A stretch of DNA of 64,000 nt from Octopus bimaculoides (GCF_001194135.2 NC_068988.1:96219416-96283415), one strand, 5' to 3'; positions 25,586 to 39,465 are shown, counted from the stretch's first letter. Made by a program: numbers and translations. Notes: a model not told the origin generated them from the sequence alone.

Positions 25586-25676
25586 TTTTAAAAATATTCT
25601 ATGCTGGCCGACTTAATCAAAGACTTCCTAAGATCAGCGGTGAGCCAGAGAACGTCTTTGACGAGCGAAGCTCAGT

Positions 25677-25690
25677 TGGGAAAGAAAGAA
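25677..25690 (-). promoter_or_regulatory. TCT/5'TOP pyrimidine tract, probable RPS20 transcription start
   Basis: The minus strand reads TTCTTTCTTTCCC about 95 nt upstream of the ATG, as expected for a ribosomal protein gene. Confidence 0.65.
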
Positions 25691-26105
25691 TAATAGCTGC
25701 GCAGTTACTAAAATCCGTACCAAAAATGGGGGTGAAAGGCTGTCAAATTTATTTCTTAGCTTTCAAATATTATAAAATGCATAGATATCGTTTATAACAT
25801 GATAATTAAAATAGTTTTGAAGAAATTTAAATTTCATTCGCTCTTTCTGTATCAAATTTGAAGTATTTATAATATATTTTATTTAACTCTGCACCCTCAT
25901 GGACGAGTCCATTATGTATCCGTTTTGACGTTATATTAAAAAATATTAAATACCCTCAAAAGGATCTAAACTCAAAGGTTTAAACACAGAATAAAAAAAT
26001 AGACGACGATGATGAAATTAAATAAATTTTAAAGGACAAAATGAATTTTCTTCCCAAATACCGGTTGTGACGTCATATGTACCACGTTATAGTCAAGATG
26101 GCAAC
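25690..26105. promoter_or_regulatory. Putative bidirectional promoter between RPS20 and TM9SF4, with a CRE (TGACGTCA 26068-26075) and a YY1-like CAAGATGGC overlapping the TM9SF4 ATG
   Basis: Divergent first exons about 400 bp apart; motifs read directly from the sequence. Confidence 0.6.
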
Positions 26106-29100
26106 CAAGGTAGGAAAAGTCTTGGTCAATATTTCCTATAAATACGTTTACGTTTATTTTGGTTCCTCTATTTCTCCGCTTGCTCGATCATGTTTCTAAC
26201 TCATATACGCTATCTTTTAATTATTTTGACTGACATGCTTGTCTTTTAACTTTGACCTAAGGCTGACAGTTAAACGAAAATCAACAAGAACCAGGCTCCA
26301 CAAATGTTTGTAATTCTTTCTCTCCCCCAACTTTTTATTTATGTCCTAATTTTTACCTCTCACTTTTTATTCCTGTTTTCAATTTTCCATTTGTTTCATG
26401 TTTCTCGTTGAATCTTCTCAAATTAGCAAGCAGATATACGTTTATACATCCACACATGCACCTTGGAGTCTAATATATTAATGTGCAAAACATTTTAATA
26501 ATATTCAAAGTGTTTTATTTTGACAGTTTGCTGAACCATTTTGGGGTTTGATCTTTTTGGGTGGGGACCCACTTCAATGTATTTGTATGTTATCACGGCC
26601 AAAGTCCACAAAAACTTAAGGTTCAGGATTTTGCTTGTCTTATGTGAATACCTGTACATTATTTAGATGTTCACTGTTTAAAGTGAAGTATTTAACTTCA
26701 AGTAAATAGAAAAATAAGTAAAAATACAGGAATTTATTAGAAAACTACATTTTATCTATTTTTTTTGTTAGTTTACCTTTAGGTGGTTCGTGTTGTTTTT
26801 TTTTCCTTTACAGATATTATCATTTTATAGACGTTTCAGGTAAAAAAAAAAAATACCTTCTACATAATCATCTGATTTGCTAAATGTTGAAGTGAAGTTT
26901 TTACTTTAAGTTGCCAACAACTTCGCTTTATTAAAGAAAAATTAAAAAAGTCGAAATGACGTCCGACACGTCTTTTAATTAATTTCTTTCTTTTCAAGTT
27001 GTGATGTGGCAGTTTTGTTATATGAATCAATTATAAACAATTTAAGTATTAAGTCAAAGGAGATTGTTTTAAGCTTTCTCCACTGACGTTCGCAATTCCA
27101 ACTCCTATGTTCCAAATATTTTCCTCTGACTCGATTTGACTATCTCTTATTTTTTTTTATTCGTCTCTGTAAGAACGCATTACGCAGCAGACAAGCAACA
27201 AAAAAACTTATATACGCTACAGTTCATTTCAAATTGATGGATGTTTTGGCTTCCTCGTCGAAGGCTCAAATCGAACTTTAAAGGCGTTGTTCCTCATAGG
27301 ACAATATCACTTTTAGACAGAAGAGGCCGCCGGTGCTCTTCTAGATAGACCCGTTCGGATACGTTCCGACCGACCTCAGTAATCGGAGCAGACGACGACT
27401 ACTACTACTACTACTACTACTACATTGTTTCAGTTTTATTTACCACCCAGGCTCATTCATTCTTGAATCAAAACGTCCAGAGTGTTACAAAATACATGGG
27501 GATACACAAAAGACGGTTATAGAAAAACGAGGAGCAGTAACGACATTATACAATACAAATTGGTGGCATGTTAAAAAAATTAAGCAAAAAGTCTCCGAAG
27601 AAATGACACTAGTTAAATGATTGTACATAAACAGAAAAGAGACGGAACTTAGGAGAAATGCATTCCCTCCTGGGTGGGATCAAGGTTTTCCACATCATTG
27701 AGCATCTCCCTTTTGCATTTCTTCTGGGTACTGACTACTATTTTTCATGAAAATACCCGTGTTGGAATAGGCAAGAAAGGGCCCACGTCTCTTGTGATTT
27801 TTGTAGCCCACAAACGATATTTTTTATGAGCAGCTTATCTTCAGGTTTCCTATCTTCCATATCTGTGCGTTTTCTTTCCCTAAATGTTCCTGTGTTAAGT
27901 CCTTCATCAGTTCTTCATTTGCTGTACAAAGAACTGTCTTCATTTATTATACAAAGCCCCGTGAAAATCCTTGGACATTTTGCCAGTCTTTCCCATAAGT
28001 TCCCTTACTTTGGTGGGGAGGGGCGGATTACTTTTTCCCTTTGTCTTTTTACGGTCTGTGGAAGTTTGCACCACCGGTTCCTAGTCCGTCTTGTTACAAG
28101 ATGATGGAGTAATGCGACTGGAAGCAGAGCCCTTGGCTTCTTTATTACCTTCTGTGATTCAGGGCAAGATGAATTTTTTTGGCTCCTGCTGGAACTGTGA
28201 TCAGTGGTGCCCTGGAAGTAGGTTCTGGGGCCTGCTCTTCTTGTTGGCTCTATGGCTGTCCACTGCTTTCTGTCTCACTTTTGGCTTTTGCTGCTCCAGA
28301 ATAGCACTGTTCTCTTTGGTGGAATGGGCATTGTTATGAATTGTATGTCCATTCAGGCCTGTCCTGACCCTATATTTTTAGTCGTCCTGGTACTCACAAC
28401 CACATAAGGGTAGTGCTGAGTCTGAAATCACCAATGCCCTGAAATAGAACCCTTGTGTTCTGCTGGCCCATATTTAGGGACGCAAGTTTGAAGGAAGGTG
28501 TGTGGTGCACCAACTCTGCCTGTTACTTGCGTTGTCATGAGAGGGAAAGTTTCAAAGGCAGAGGGAGAGAGAAATAAAGGAATATTACTATTTATAGAGA
28601 CATCGTTCAGTAATGACAAAAGGGTTATTGTTAACTGTAGAAGGACAGTCATTTTCTGAGATTTTATTTTTAACTTTGCTGAATAATATTATTTCAGTTC
28701 AATTATAAAACTGTATTTACATTACAGTTTAATTAATCACAATCACAAGTAGATTAATTGTTGACAAAGGTATGTGATTTCATTTAGATTTACACATACA
28801 GAGGATTAATTCATTCTTTTTAGACATTTCCATGACTAACCATAATAGTTCAGCCACCACTGACCAATGCCTTCGTTGGAAATTGCAGTACTTTTGTATT
28901 TCATGGTCTGTCCCTGTGACTTATCTCCTGATGAGGTTCAATACAATGGAGCTACAAGTGTTATCATACTCTGCCTGTAGTTAATAAATGTAACGAATGC
29001 CCACCTTAGTTCATCAACTCCAGACAAATGTTCTTCTTCTGGTACCAAAATAGAAGTGTTTGAGTCGGCTGAGTTGGCAGTATCAAGAGAATGGTTTGTA

Positions 29101-32100
29101 GTATTTGTTACAGCATTCAAATATCATTATGGTCGACTTTGTCTTTATTTTTTATGGTCAACAAATAAAGAACCAACTTGCCCTTTTCTGTGGTAGATTC
29201 TTGTCTATCTGCCTGCCTGCCTGCTTCTCTCTCTCTCTCAATGTAGCTGTGTAAAGAAGTGCCAATCTCTAACTGTGGAGGGAACCTGTGGTAGTGGTAG
29301 ACCCAGGAAGACATGGGATGAGGTGGTGAAGCATGACCTTTGAACTTTGGGCCTCATGGTAGCAATGACTAGTGACAGACCTTTGGCGATATGCCGTGCT
29401 TGAGAAGCCAAGTTAAACTGTAGTTATGGCTGATGCTGGGGTCCTATAGCTGGCACCCATGCCAGTGGCTCGTAAAAAGCACCTTTTGAGTGTTGGGTGT
29501 CACGGGGGCAAGGTGGCTGATGCTGGTGGCATATAAAAAGCATTCTTTGAGTGTTGGGCCTCACAGAAGCAATGGCTAATGACCGAGATCTTTGGCATTT
29601 TACCTTGTTTGAGAAGACCCATGAAGCCAAGTGAAATTGTAGTCATGGCAGATGCTGGTGTCATGTAAATGGCAGCTGTGTTGGTAGCCCGTAAAAACAC
29701 CCATTACACTCTGTGGAGTGGTTGGCGTTAGGAAGGGCATCCAGCCATAGAAAACCATGCCAAATCAGACTAGAATCTTGTACAGCTTGCCGGCCCTGGT
29801 CAAACTGTCCACCCCATACCAGTATGGCCAACCGACTTTAAATGATGATGATGATGATATGTGCGTGTGTATATATATTGATTTGACTTAGACATTAGGT
29901 TTCATCTGTTTATGGTTTGATGACATAGTTGAATGAATTGCCTTATGAAATCAATATTATCAATAAATTTCAGTGTAGAGAATACAAAAATGTACCAGAA
30001 CCAATAGGTATTTCTAATAGTCTCTTTATTGATTAACACTATCAAGCACCTTGCATCTGCTGTTTTCAATGACCTCCCATGTCTTCCATCATTACCCATT
30101 TATTTTAGTTTCTTATGTATCCCTATATCTCCTTCTTCATGGATTCTACACTTTGCACATCATTCTATGGCTTTCTCTTTTATTTTTCCTTTCTGATCCA
30201 CTCCTATATCTCCCACCTGACCCTTCTCCATGCTGGTTATTTCCCATCATCTGCACTCCCACCCTTCTTCATTAACCGCTACATTAACCTCTAACTCCCC
30301 CTGTTTACTCCTCCCCACTCTTATGAAAACACTCCCTCCCTCCCATGTTCCACCATCCGTGTCTTCTCTCATGCTCACCTTCTTGTTCCTGGAGAGTTTA
30401 CTTCCTTCTTCTTGTCTCCTTCAGCCATATATCTTTATTGCAAGATATATGCATTGGTCTTTCTCTCTCATACTTTTGCCTTTCAACACATGGCATACAG
30501 CCACCACCCTCCACCTTCTCCCAAATACTTCCTCTTAGTATTTGGGAGCTTTCTCCTTTTCCTCTGTTCTTTTCTGTGTTGCAAGTTACATGGCAACCTC
30601 TTTAGTGCTGGTGACACACTTTGTGCAGTGGTTGGCACACACATTCACATAACCCTTTCCTACTGTTTAAGGGTTAAATCAACAACTTGATGATGGCAAA
30701 AAGTCCTGCTTCAAGAGGTACTTTGAGAAATTGAAAATAAACTTACTCTTCCACGAAAAAGAAAATTCCAAATAGTTTTCGCTTCCTCACTGGCAGATAT
30801 ACACTGAACTGCAAAAGAAATGCAATTTTTTCAAATGTCATTTTTATATGGTTAATTCTCAAAATTTATTTTGGAGATGTATATGTAAACATTCCAAGAT
30901 ATGCTGGTTTATGGCTGAGACCCCAATTGCACGTAACCTTTCAAGTTTCCCTGAAATGAGACACCAACACGCAGCTGCGTTGAATGTCGTGGGTGGCAGT
31001 CACAAACAGTTGTCATGAAAACTGAAATGCATGTGCATCTCGTGGAGGTTATAGGTATAAAATCAACTTGAACCGCATTCCTGGCATTTGTAATTTGGAC
31101 ACATCAGGTATGACCCGATTGTCAGCAGCACAGAGAGAATAAGGTATAGGCCGATTGCAAGCAGAGCACACTGCCCTGGTTGTTGTGAAAGCTTACAATG
31201 TCCATGTCAGCACCATTTATTTCCTGCAACAGCAATACAACAACACCAACAGCACTGGAGACCATGCCCGCAGAGGGCACCCCCTGGTGACCACGTCCAG
31301 GCAGGACCACTTCATCCAAATGCAACACCTCCGTTATTGCTCCAGACTGGCCAGCGTGACAGCTTGCAGGCTCATTGGCACTGGACAGTGACCCATCAGC
31401 GACCCATGTGTTGCCAGTGTCCTGCTCGAGGACCTGTCTTCACCCTCTGCCACCGTCAGGCACGACTACAGTGGGCTACACAGCACTGACATTGCCGGCT
31501 GCAACAATGGAGGTCGATGGTCTTCTCTGATGAGCATCAGTACTCTGTTTCCATCTTGGATGGTAGTGAGAATGTGGCGTAGGAGGGGTGAATTCTAGAG
31601 ACGCATGTGACTAAAGTTTGGTTGGAAGATTTTAATTAAAAACTTTTGAAAACAAGAAATTTGTACTCGGAGCCAGAGCCAGTTCCAGCCAGGTTGGTAA
31701 CGAAAGGGTTTTGAATTGTGGAAGCTGAGTGGATGGACTGTGTCTGTGACTTGCAGGCCCTTGCCACATAGTTTCGCACTTATCATGGGTGGATTATGTT
31801 AAAGAATACAAGAGTCTGGAATATCAGTGACATTATAGTTCAATGAGTTGCCAGTTCTGTAGATTGAGCAACTGGATTCTCTTCACCAAATCCAACATGG
31901 GATTCATTTACTTTTATTATTCTGTGTGTGTGTGTGTGTGGCACATGTATCAGTGGAATATACTTAAGGTGTACTTGGTGTGTTCCCCTAAAAAAAAAAA
32001 ATCATGAAATAAACCATTTATGGAATTTTTATAAGTCTTCTGTTTGCAACTTGTTACTGTATCATTTCATGTTCACTTTTTATGATGGCATGTATTGGAT

Positions 32101-34511
32101 AGGCCATCCTGGTTCAAGGCAGTTCTTAACTGCTCTCTCTGAGAGACATTGAAAATAAGTACCCTCCTAGAGGATCAGGGGGCCACATCTTGCTTGTGTA
32201 TTCCATTTTGGTATAGTTTCTATGGCTGGATACTCTTCCTAACACTAACCATATCAAATTGTGTTCTGAGTGTGTTTTACTGCAATACCAGGGTCATTCT
32301 CGTGGTAAGATCAAGTTCTTTTCCATCCTGTATTATCTCTGATTGTCAATCTCTACATTTCAATTGCCCTGGTATTATCTGAGTTAAGCTGTAATCACCA
32401 GATAATCTGCACAACTTTTACTGAAAATTGAAGTGTGTGACATTGCAAATAGTGAGGAGGGAAGCATGAAGTTAGAAGTGGAAACTTATAACCGACAACT
32501 GCTTGCTGAGTCTTGAATTCATTTATAATACTCAAGTCACAACCAGCTAATTAACAGAGACCGTTAAGATGGTTAGTAGCTTGGCATCATAAAGACAATA
32601 TTTGTGGTTGATTGTTAAGAAAGAAATGAGGAAGATTAGTCTTGAACTGTTTTTGAGTTTTTTGTCTGACTATTCATAATCTGCAGTATTTATCAATGAG
32701 CGATTAAAGCTTGAGTGATTAAAGCTTGTTGAGTTTTGAAGACAGACGAAAATGTGTAACATGATGTTTGTTTTTCCTCAAGTGTAATAATGCTATATTT
32801 GAAGTTACCAAAGTAATATGAGGTCTGATCAATTAGTATCCGGACTGTTGCTATAGTAACGAAGCTAAAGCACGCAGATTGAAGCCACTTGGCACAGGTT
32901 GACCATGACCTATGCTGTGCATGTGCACTAAGTTTTAACATTCTAGCTCACTTCTGCTGTTTACAGCAGTGCTTGGAAGGAACATGTGTAACGTGTGATC
33001 ATCGCATTGACCACAACAAAGTTATCATAGCGATACCTGCTCAAAGGCCTATGCAAAGTTGCAGGAAGCGTATGGCGAGGAGTGTATGGGCTGCACACAA
33101 GTGTATGATTGGTTCAGATGTTTCCAAGATGGCCAAAAAAATGTCAATAGTGATGAACGTTCTGGGAGACTCGCAACCAGCAGAACTGAGATAAACATTG
33201 CAGATGTGTGGGCAGCTGTGAGGGGAAATCATCGAATCACTATCTGTGAGTTATCAGAAGATGTGCCGATTAGTTACGGTTCATTTCAGTCCATTAACAC
33301 AGAAGATTTGGGCATGTGACGTGTGTCTGCCAAGTTTGTGCCAAAACTGCTTTCAGCTGACCAAAAAGACAGGTTTCAGTTGCACAAAATTTCCTTGATT
33401 GTGTTGAGAATGATGAAAACTTTTTGAAAATTTTGTGTAGATCTCTGAGCAGGTATCACCAAGCTTTTGGCAACATTTGATGCAGATTTTCTGCTCAACT
33501 TTCTGTCATGGTCAATGCAATGAACACACGCTACATACCTTCCTTCCAAGTACTGCTGTAAACAGTGGAAGTGAGCTAGAACATTAAATCATAGTGCGCA
33601 TGTACAGCAGAGTTCAAGGTCAATCTGTGCCATGCAGCTTCACTCTGCTTGCTTTAGCTTCTTTACTATGGCAGCAGTCTGGATACTTATTGATCAGACC
33701 TCGTGTATAGAGCTGGGAATTGAAGCTGGATTGTAAGGTTTAGCTCAGCATTTTACTTTTATGGTTTTATATATCTTTGCATTTCCAAAAGAGTAGAGTA
33801 CAGCTGAAGCTTCAATTTGTGGCGATAGAGAGTTTCTTGTTTTGATTATTTTTATTGTGCATTTGTGAAGGTGAAGAACAAGCTCTGGAAAACTTTAAGA
33901 TAAAAGACTGCAAAATTAGCTTAAATTTATATCAGCATCGCTGTGTTTAACAAGCTTGCTTTTCAACCATTTTGTCTTGGGTTCAGTCCCACTGCATGGC
34001 ACCTTGGGCAGGTGACTTCTACTGTAGATTTGAGCCAACCAAATATATATATATTCTTTCAGTTTCTGTCTATTAAATCCATTCACAAGGCTTTGGTCAA
34101 CCTGAGTCTATAGTAGAAGACACTTGCCCAAGGTGTCACGCAGTGGGACTGAACCCGGAACCATGTGATTAGGAAGCAAGCATCTTACCACACTGCCACG
34201 CCTATTGTATATTTATGATTTGTCTGTTTTGTTGTGTCCATCCTTCCCATGGTTCTCCATAGATGTTGGAACCAGCATTGTAAGCTCTCAACCAAGATTC
34301 ATACTTCTTACAGATATAATGTAGTGTGCTGGCTCTTCACTAATTCCTTTAAGATGTATCACAGTGTTGATTTAACCTGTTTTGTTATCTCTGAAATCAA
34401 TGTGGGTCATTATGCTTTGATAGTTATGTTGGTTTGGTTCACAGAAAAGTCAGATTGTTTCCTTTGTTTGCTGTATTTGTAGCAGTAGAATAAATATTAG
34501 TTATGTGGGCA

Positions 34512-34552
<41 letters not shown>

Positions 34553-34687
34553 TTGTGTGTATGCGTGTAATCTTTTACTTTGTGTGTTCACTCTTATAAA
34601 TATTTTTCTTGATGATTGTAACTAATACAGAAAAATGCTCATGTGTGTGTGTCTGTGCATACATGGATCTATCTATCTATCTATCTA

Positions 34688-34776
<89 letters not shown>

Positions 34777-37700
34777 GTTTTTATTTATAGTTGTTGAAGA
34801 GAAATTTGAACCAACCGAAAAGAATAAATCTTGAAGAAAAATTCAAATTAAGTTAATAATAAAAATAATTGTAACCTTCACTGAGGTTTCGTTTATACAA
34901 TCAATAAGCTGACATCTGTTACTTTGCATATATTTTCCTCTGACATTCAGCTATAGCATATTGACAAAAAAAAATGTGTGTGTGTGTTTGTGGAGAGATG
35001 AAACTTTTTTTTCTTGTCTGTGTAGATATGGAGATTTGAGGCAGAGGCATGAATATCTAACTTGATCAAGGTTTTCAAGTTTGTAATTTAATAAATCTTG
35101 ACCAACTAATCCTCAGCAACTCCGTCTTCTTGGATAAACAGCTGGCATTTTATTGGTTGTGATGACGAATGTTCTAGCTGATTTGATCACTGCTCGTGAA
35201 ATTAGCATAGTACTCCACAAACACACATCTACCCTTAATGTAGTTCTCAGGGAGATTCAGCTTAATACAGAATGTAACAAGGCTGGCCCCTTTAAAAACC
35301 AAGTGTAACTTTTGCCAGCTGAGTGGAGTAATGTGAAATAAAGTGTCTTGCTCAAGGAATCAATGTGCTGCCTAAAATTGAACTCACAACCTTACAATTG
35401 TGAACCAAGTACTCTAACCACTAAACTATGTCCCTTCACAACAAATAAAATACAAGATTAAAACAACCCACATAGTTCCGGGTTCAGTCCTACTGCGTGG
35501 CACCTTGGGCAAGTGTCTTCTATAGCCTCGGGGTGACCAAAGCCTTGTGAGTGGATTTGGTAGATGGAAACTAAAAGAAGCCCGTTGTATATATATGTGT
35601 GTGTGTATGTCTGTGTCTCCCCACCACCATAGCTTGACAACCGATGCTGGTGTGTTTATGTCCCTGTAACTTAGAGGTTTGGCAAAAGAGACTGATAGAA
35701 TAAGTACTAGGCTTACAAAGAATAAGTCCTGGGGTCGATTTGTTCGACTAAAGGCGGTGCTCCAGCATGGCCACAGTCAGTGACTGAAACAAGTAAAAGA
35801 ATAAAGAATTAAACCAAACCAAAGTTCTGTGGATATTAGAATGTGATCATTAGAATGGTTACAGAAGTTAAGATGTAGTTTCTATTTGAAGTGTGTTCAA
35901 TGTTGTTGAATGTTTGTCAAGGTCGTTCAGGCATTGACACCAAAGACCAAGATGTTTTGCTCTTGTTGCCTCCTTTACAAGTTATTCATAACAGTTGTCT
36001 ATTTTCGATTGTTTATTTGCCCCACAACAACAGTTTGCTGTGTTTAAATTTAGTTTAGCTTCACCTGCCAGAATTAGCAATCAAATCTCTTTCCGATTAC
36101 ACCCTTCATTCATTCATTTGATTCTCATTGTGCCTTGTCACCCCAATTCCACAAGACACAACGAGAACTGAATGAATGAGCGAAAGGTATGACTTGAAAG
36201 AGATTTGATTGCTAATTCTGGCAGGTGAAGCGTAACTAAATTTAAACACAGCAAACTGTCCTAAAAAGACAGAAAAAATGGTGGAGTTAGTGTCTTAGAT
36301 TTTATGCATAAACAAATAAAATAAATGGATTATCACGGGTGAAATGTGTTCAGTAAGAGTCTGCTTAATCAAGCATGACAGGTGACCCAACAACAACAAA
36401 GTTTAATTAGAAATATAATATTTCTAAATCTCTCAGAGAGATTTAAGCAGTAGTGGAGCGATAAAGTTGTAGTATATTGTCAACTTAATGTGACAATCCC
36501 AATAAGGGAATACACTACTGCCGTTTAGCCCTAGGAAGCGGGACTGCTTCCTGTCGGCCTTGACACAATTACTGTGTCCTTAAGTTTGCGAGGGGGAGAC
36601 AAGCTCCTCCACCCAGCCCATCCAGCATTCAGGGACATGTTTCTGAGTCTTTTCTCTGAGAGATTTAGAAATATTATATTTCTAATTTTGCTGATCAGTG
36701 AATAAACTTCACTATGATTTATATAAGTTTGCGAAGGGGAAACAGGCTTCTTTAACCAGCTGCCAAGCTACTTCAGGCTGATGACGAGCAAAGACTCAGA
36801 AACATGTCCCTGAATGCTGGCTAGGCTGGGTGGAGGAGCTTGTCTCCCCCTCTCAAACTTAAGGACACAGTAATTGTGTCAAGGCCGACAGGAAGCGGTC
36901 CAGCTTCCTAGGGCTAAACGGCAGTAGTGTATTCCCTTATTGGGATTGTCACATTAAGTTGACAATATACTACAACAAAGTTTGAATCACAAAGTTTTAA
37001 AAGCTCAAACTCCTCCCCCTTATCATCATCATCGTCGTCATTTAATGTCCATTTTCCATGCTGGCATGGGTTGGATGGTTGGACAGGAGCTGGAAAGAGG
37101 GAGAGCTGCACTAGGCTCCATTTTGTCTGTTTTGGTTTGGTTTCTACAGATGGATGTCCTTCCTAATGCCAGCCACTTTACAGAGTGGCACTGGGTGCTT
37201 TTAATATGGCACCCCTGCCTCCTTTGCTTGCTACGTGGCTCCTCTCTTATTCATTATCATCTTTTTAGATTCACAGGAATGGTTAAGGCAGGATGACTTT
37301 GTGGTATTGGCCTATTGAATTCTTTGCCTGATTTGACCGTGAGAACTTGGTTGTTGGACAATCAGACTTCTAGCAGGCAGCTAGTTTTGAACTTCTCTGT
37401 TATGACCCAGAGAACTATAAAAACAGAACATAGTTGGGGGTTGAACCTTGGTGGACACTTACCTGCATACTGAGAAAATTGCAGGTTTGAGAAGGAAATG
37501 AAGTGAAATGTCTTAACCAGGAATTGAACTTGCATCATATACTTTTACTTGTCGTGGCACTTGTACTGAGTGACATGGTGTAACAGTAAATTATTGATAT
37601 TTTGTTCATGCGTAGTATCGGGGACATTATCTAACCCTATTTCAAGACATAAAGGCATGATTGGAAAGAGATTTGACTGTTAATTCTAGCAGGTCAAGCT

Positions 37701-39132
37701 AGACTAAATTTAAACATAGAAAACTGCTTTTGTAGGGGAAAACAATAGATATTTGAAACAAACATTTCATTTATAGTTCACATTGAATTTTCTCATTTCA
37801 GAACGGTTGACAGAGATAATTTCCTGTTGTAAATTTAGACATGTTGTAGTAGTTGTTTTATGTAGACAGGTGCCCCTCTAATAACTGCTCATTATTTGGG
37901 TATATAAAGTAGGAATGAAAATATAATCTCAGGTCAGGAGACTGATGCAAAAACGGTTATATACATTCCTGCCAGTACCATATTAGCGACTGTTGTAAAG
38001 ATCAAACTCATGTCTGTAGATAGAATTTGTTCCACACCTTAATATCACAATCATTGCGGTTAAGGTCTAGATTATCACTGAGTACCTACCTGTTACAATT
38101 AAAAAATGTGCTGGAGTGACTCTTGCAAATTGATGCTTTTTGTGCATTGGGAGGGATAAAGTGAATTGAACTGACCCAGATACACATACTTGCTGCTTAT
38201 TTTATTGAGTCTTGAACAAATAAATGAAAGTTTAACTGAATCTCCATGGAATTTGAACTCAAGTCAACCGTCTCAAGTAGTTAAGTCTGATAATCGATTT
38301 GTTCTACCATTTCATTGATATTAATGAATATTAGTTTTACTCAGCATTTTTTTTCTTTCTTTTTAATTTTAGATGATTACCATATATATACTATGGAGTT
38401 TTGTTGCTTGTTCATTCTTCTACGTAGCCCAGGCTTTCTATGTACCTGGAGTGGCTCCAGTTGAGTTTCACAGGGGTCAATTTGTAGAGGTCAAGGTAAG
38501 TTTTCTATAGTTATTGTCTTTGTCACAAAAGCTTTGTCTTTCTGTCTTTGAGATGTCGGTATGACAATATGTTATTGATTTCAGGAAATACCATCCTGTC
38601 GTACCTTTTTTTAATGCAGCATTCATTTTATATGATGGTGATTCCATGGCAGTGATACGGTCAGGGTGGTGACATACTTACCACAATGATCGTATGTTCA
38701 CATTGCACCCTCAGTTGTTGTTGTGTTGTCCTCTTGAGCAAGGCTCCTCTAATTCTGCTGGCACTTAGAATAATTGTCTTTGAAAAGGTTGACAAGCAGC
38801 CAGCTATAGAAAATCCTGCCCGTAGATGTCTTGGAACAGTGTTGAGAATGACGATGGAGGAAAATATTCTCATGGTTTCATCCAGCTATTTTTATTGTAT
38901 TTTTTTTTTCTTTTTTCTTTCTTTCAGGCTGTGAAAATGACAAGTGTAAAGACACAGTTACCTTATGAATATTATTCTTTACCATTCTGTAAACCTCAAG
39001 GTGGAGTGGTTTATAAGACAGAAAACCTTGGTGAGTACAGATGACAGATATATTTAAAATAACTCAGCAAAGTTGTGATAGTTTTGTTGTTGTTGTAATT
39101 GTGTTTAAAGAGGTGAGATAATGGTGTTGTGG

Positions 39133-39175
<43 letters not shown>

Positions 39176-39465
39176 NNNNNNNNNNNNNNNNNNNNNNNNN
39201 NNNNNNNNNNNNNNNNNNNNNNNNNNNNNNNNNNNNNNNNNNNNNNNNNNNNNNNNNNNNNNNNNNNNNNNNNNNNNNNNNNNNNNNNNNNNNNNNNNNN
39301 NNNNNNNNNNNNNNNNNNNNNNNNNNNNNNNNNNNNNNNNNNNNNNNNNNNNNNNNNNNNNNNNNNNNNNNNNNNNNNNNNNNNNNNNNNNNNNNNNNNN
39401 NNNNNNNNNNNNNNNNNNNNNNNNNNNNNNNNNNNNNNNNNNNNNNNNNNNNNNNNNNNNNNNNN

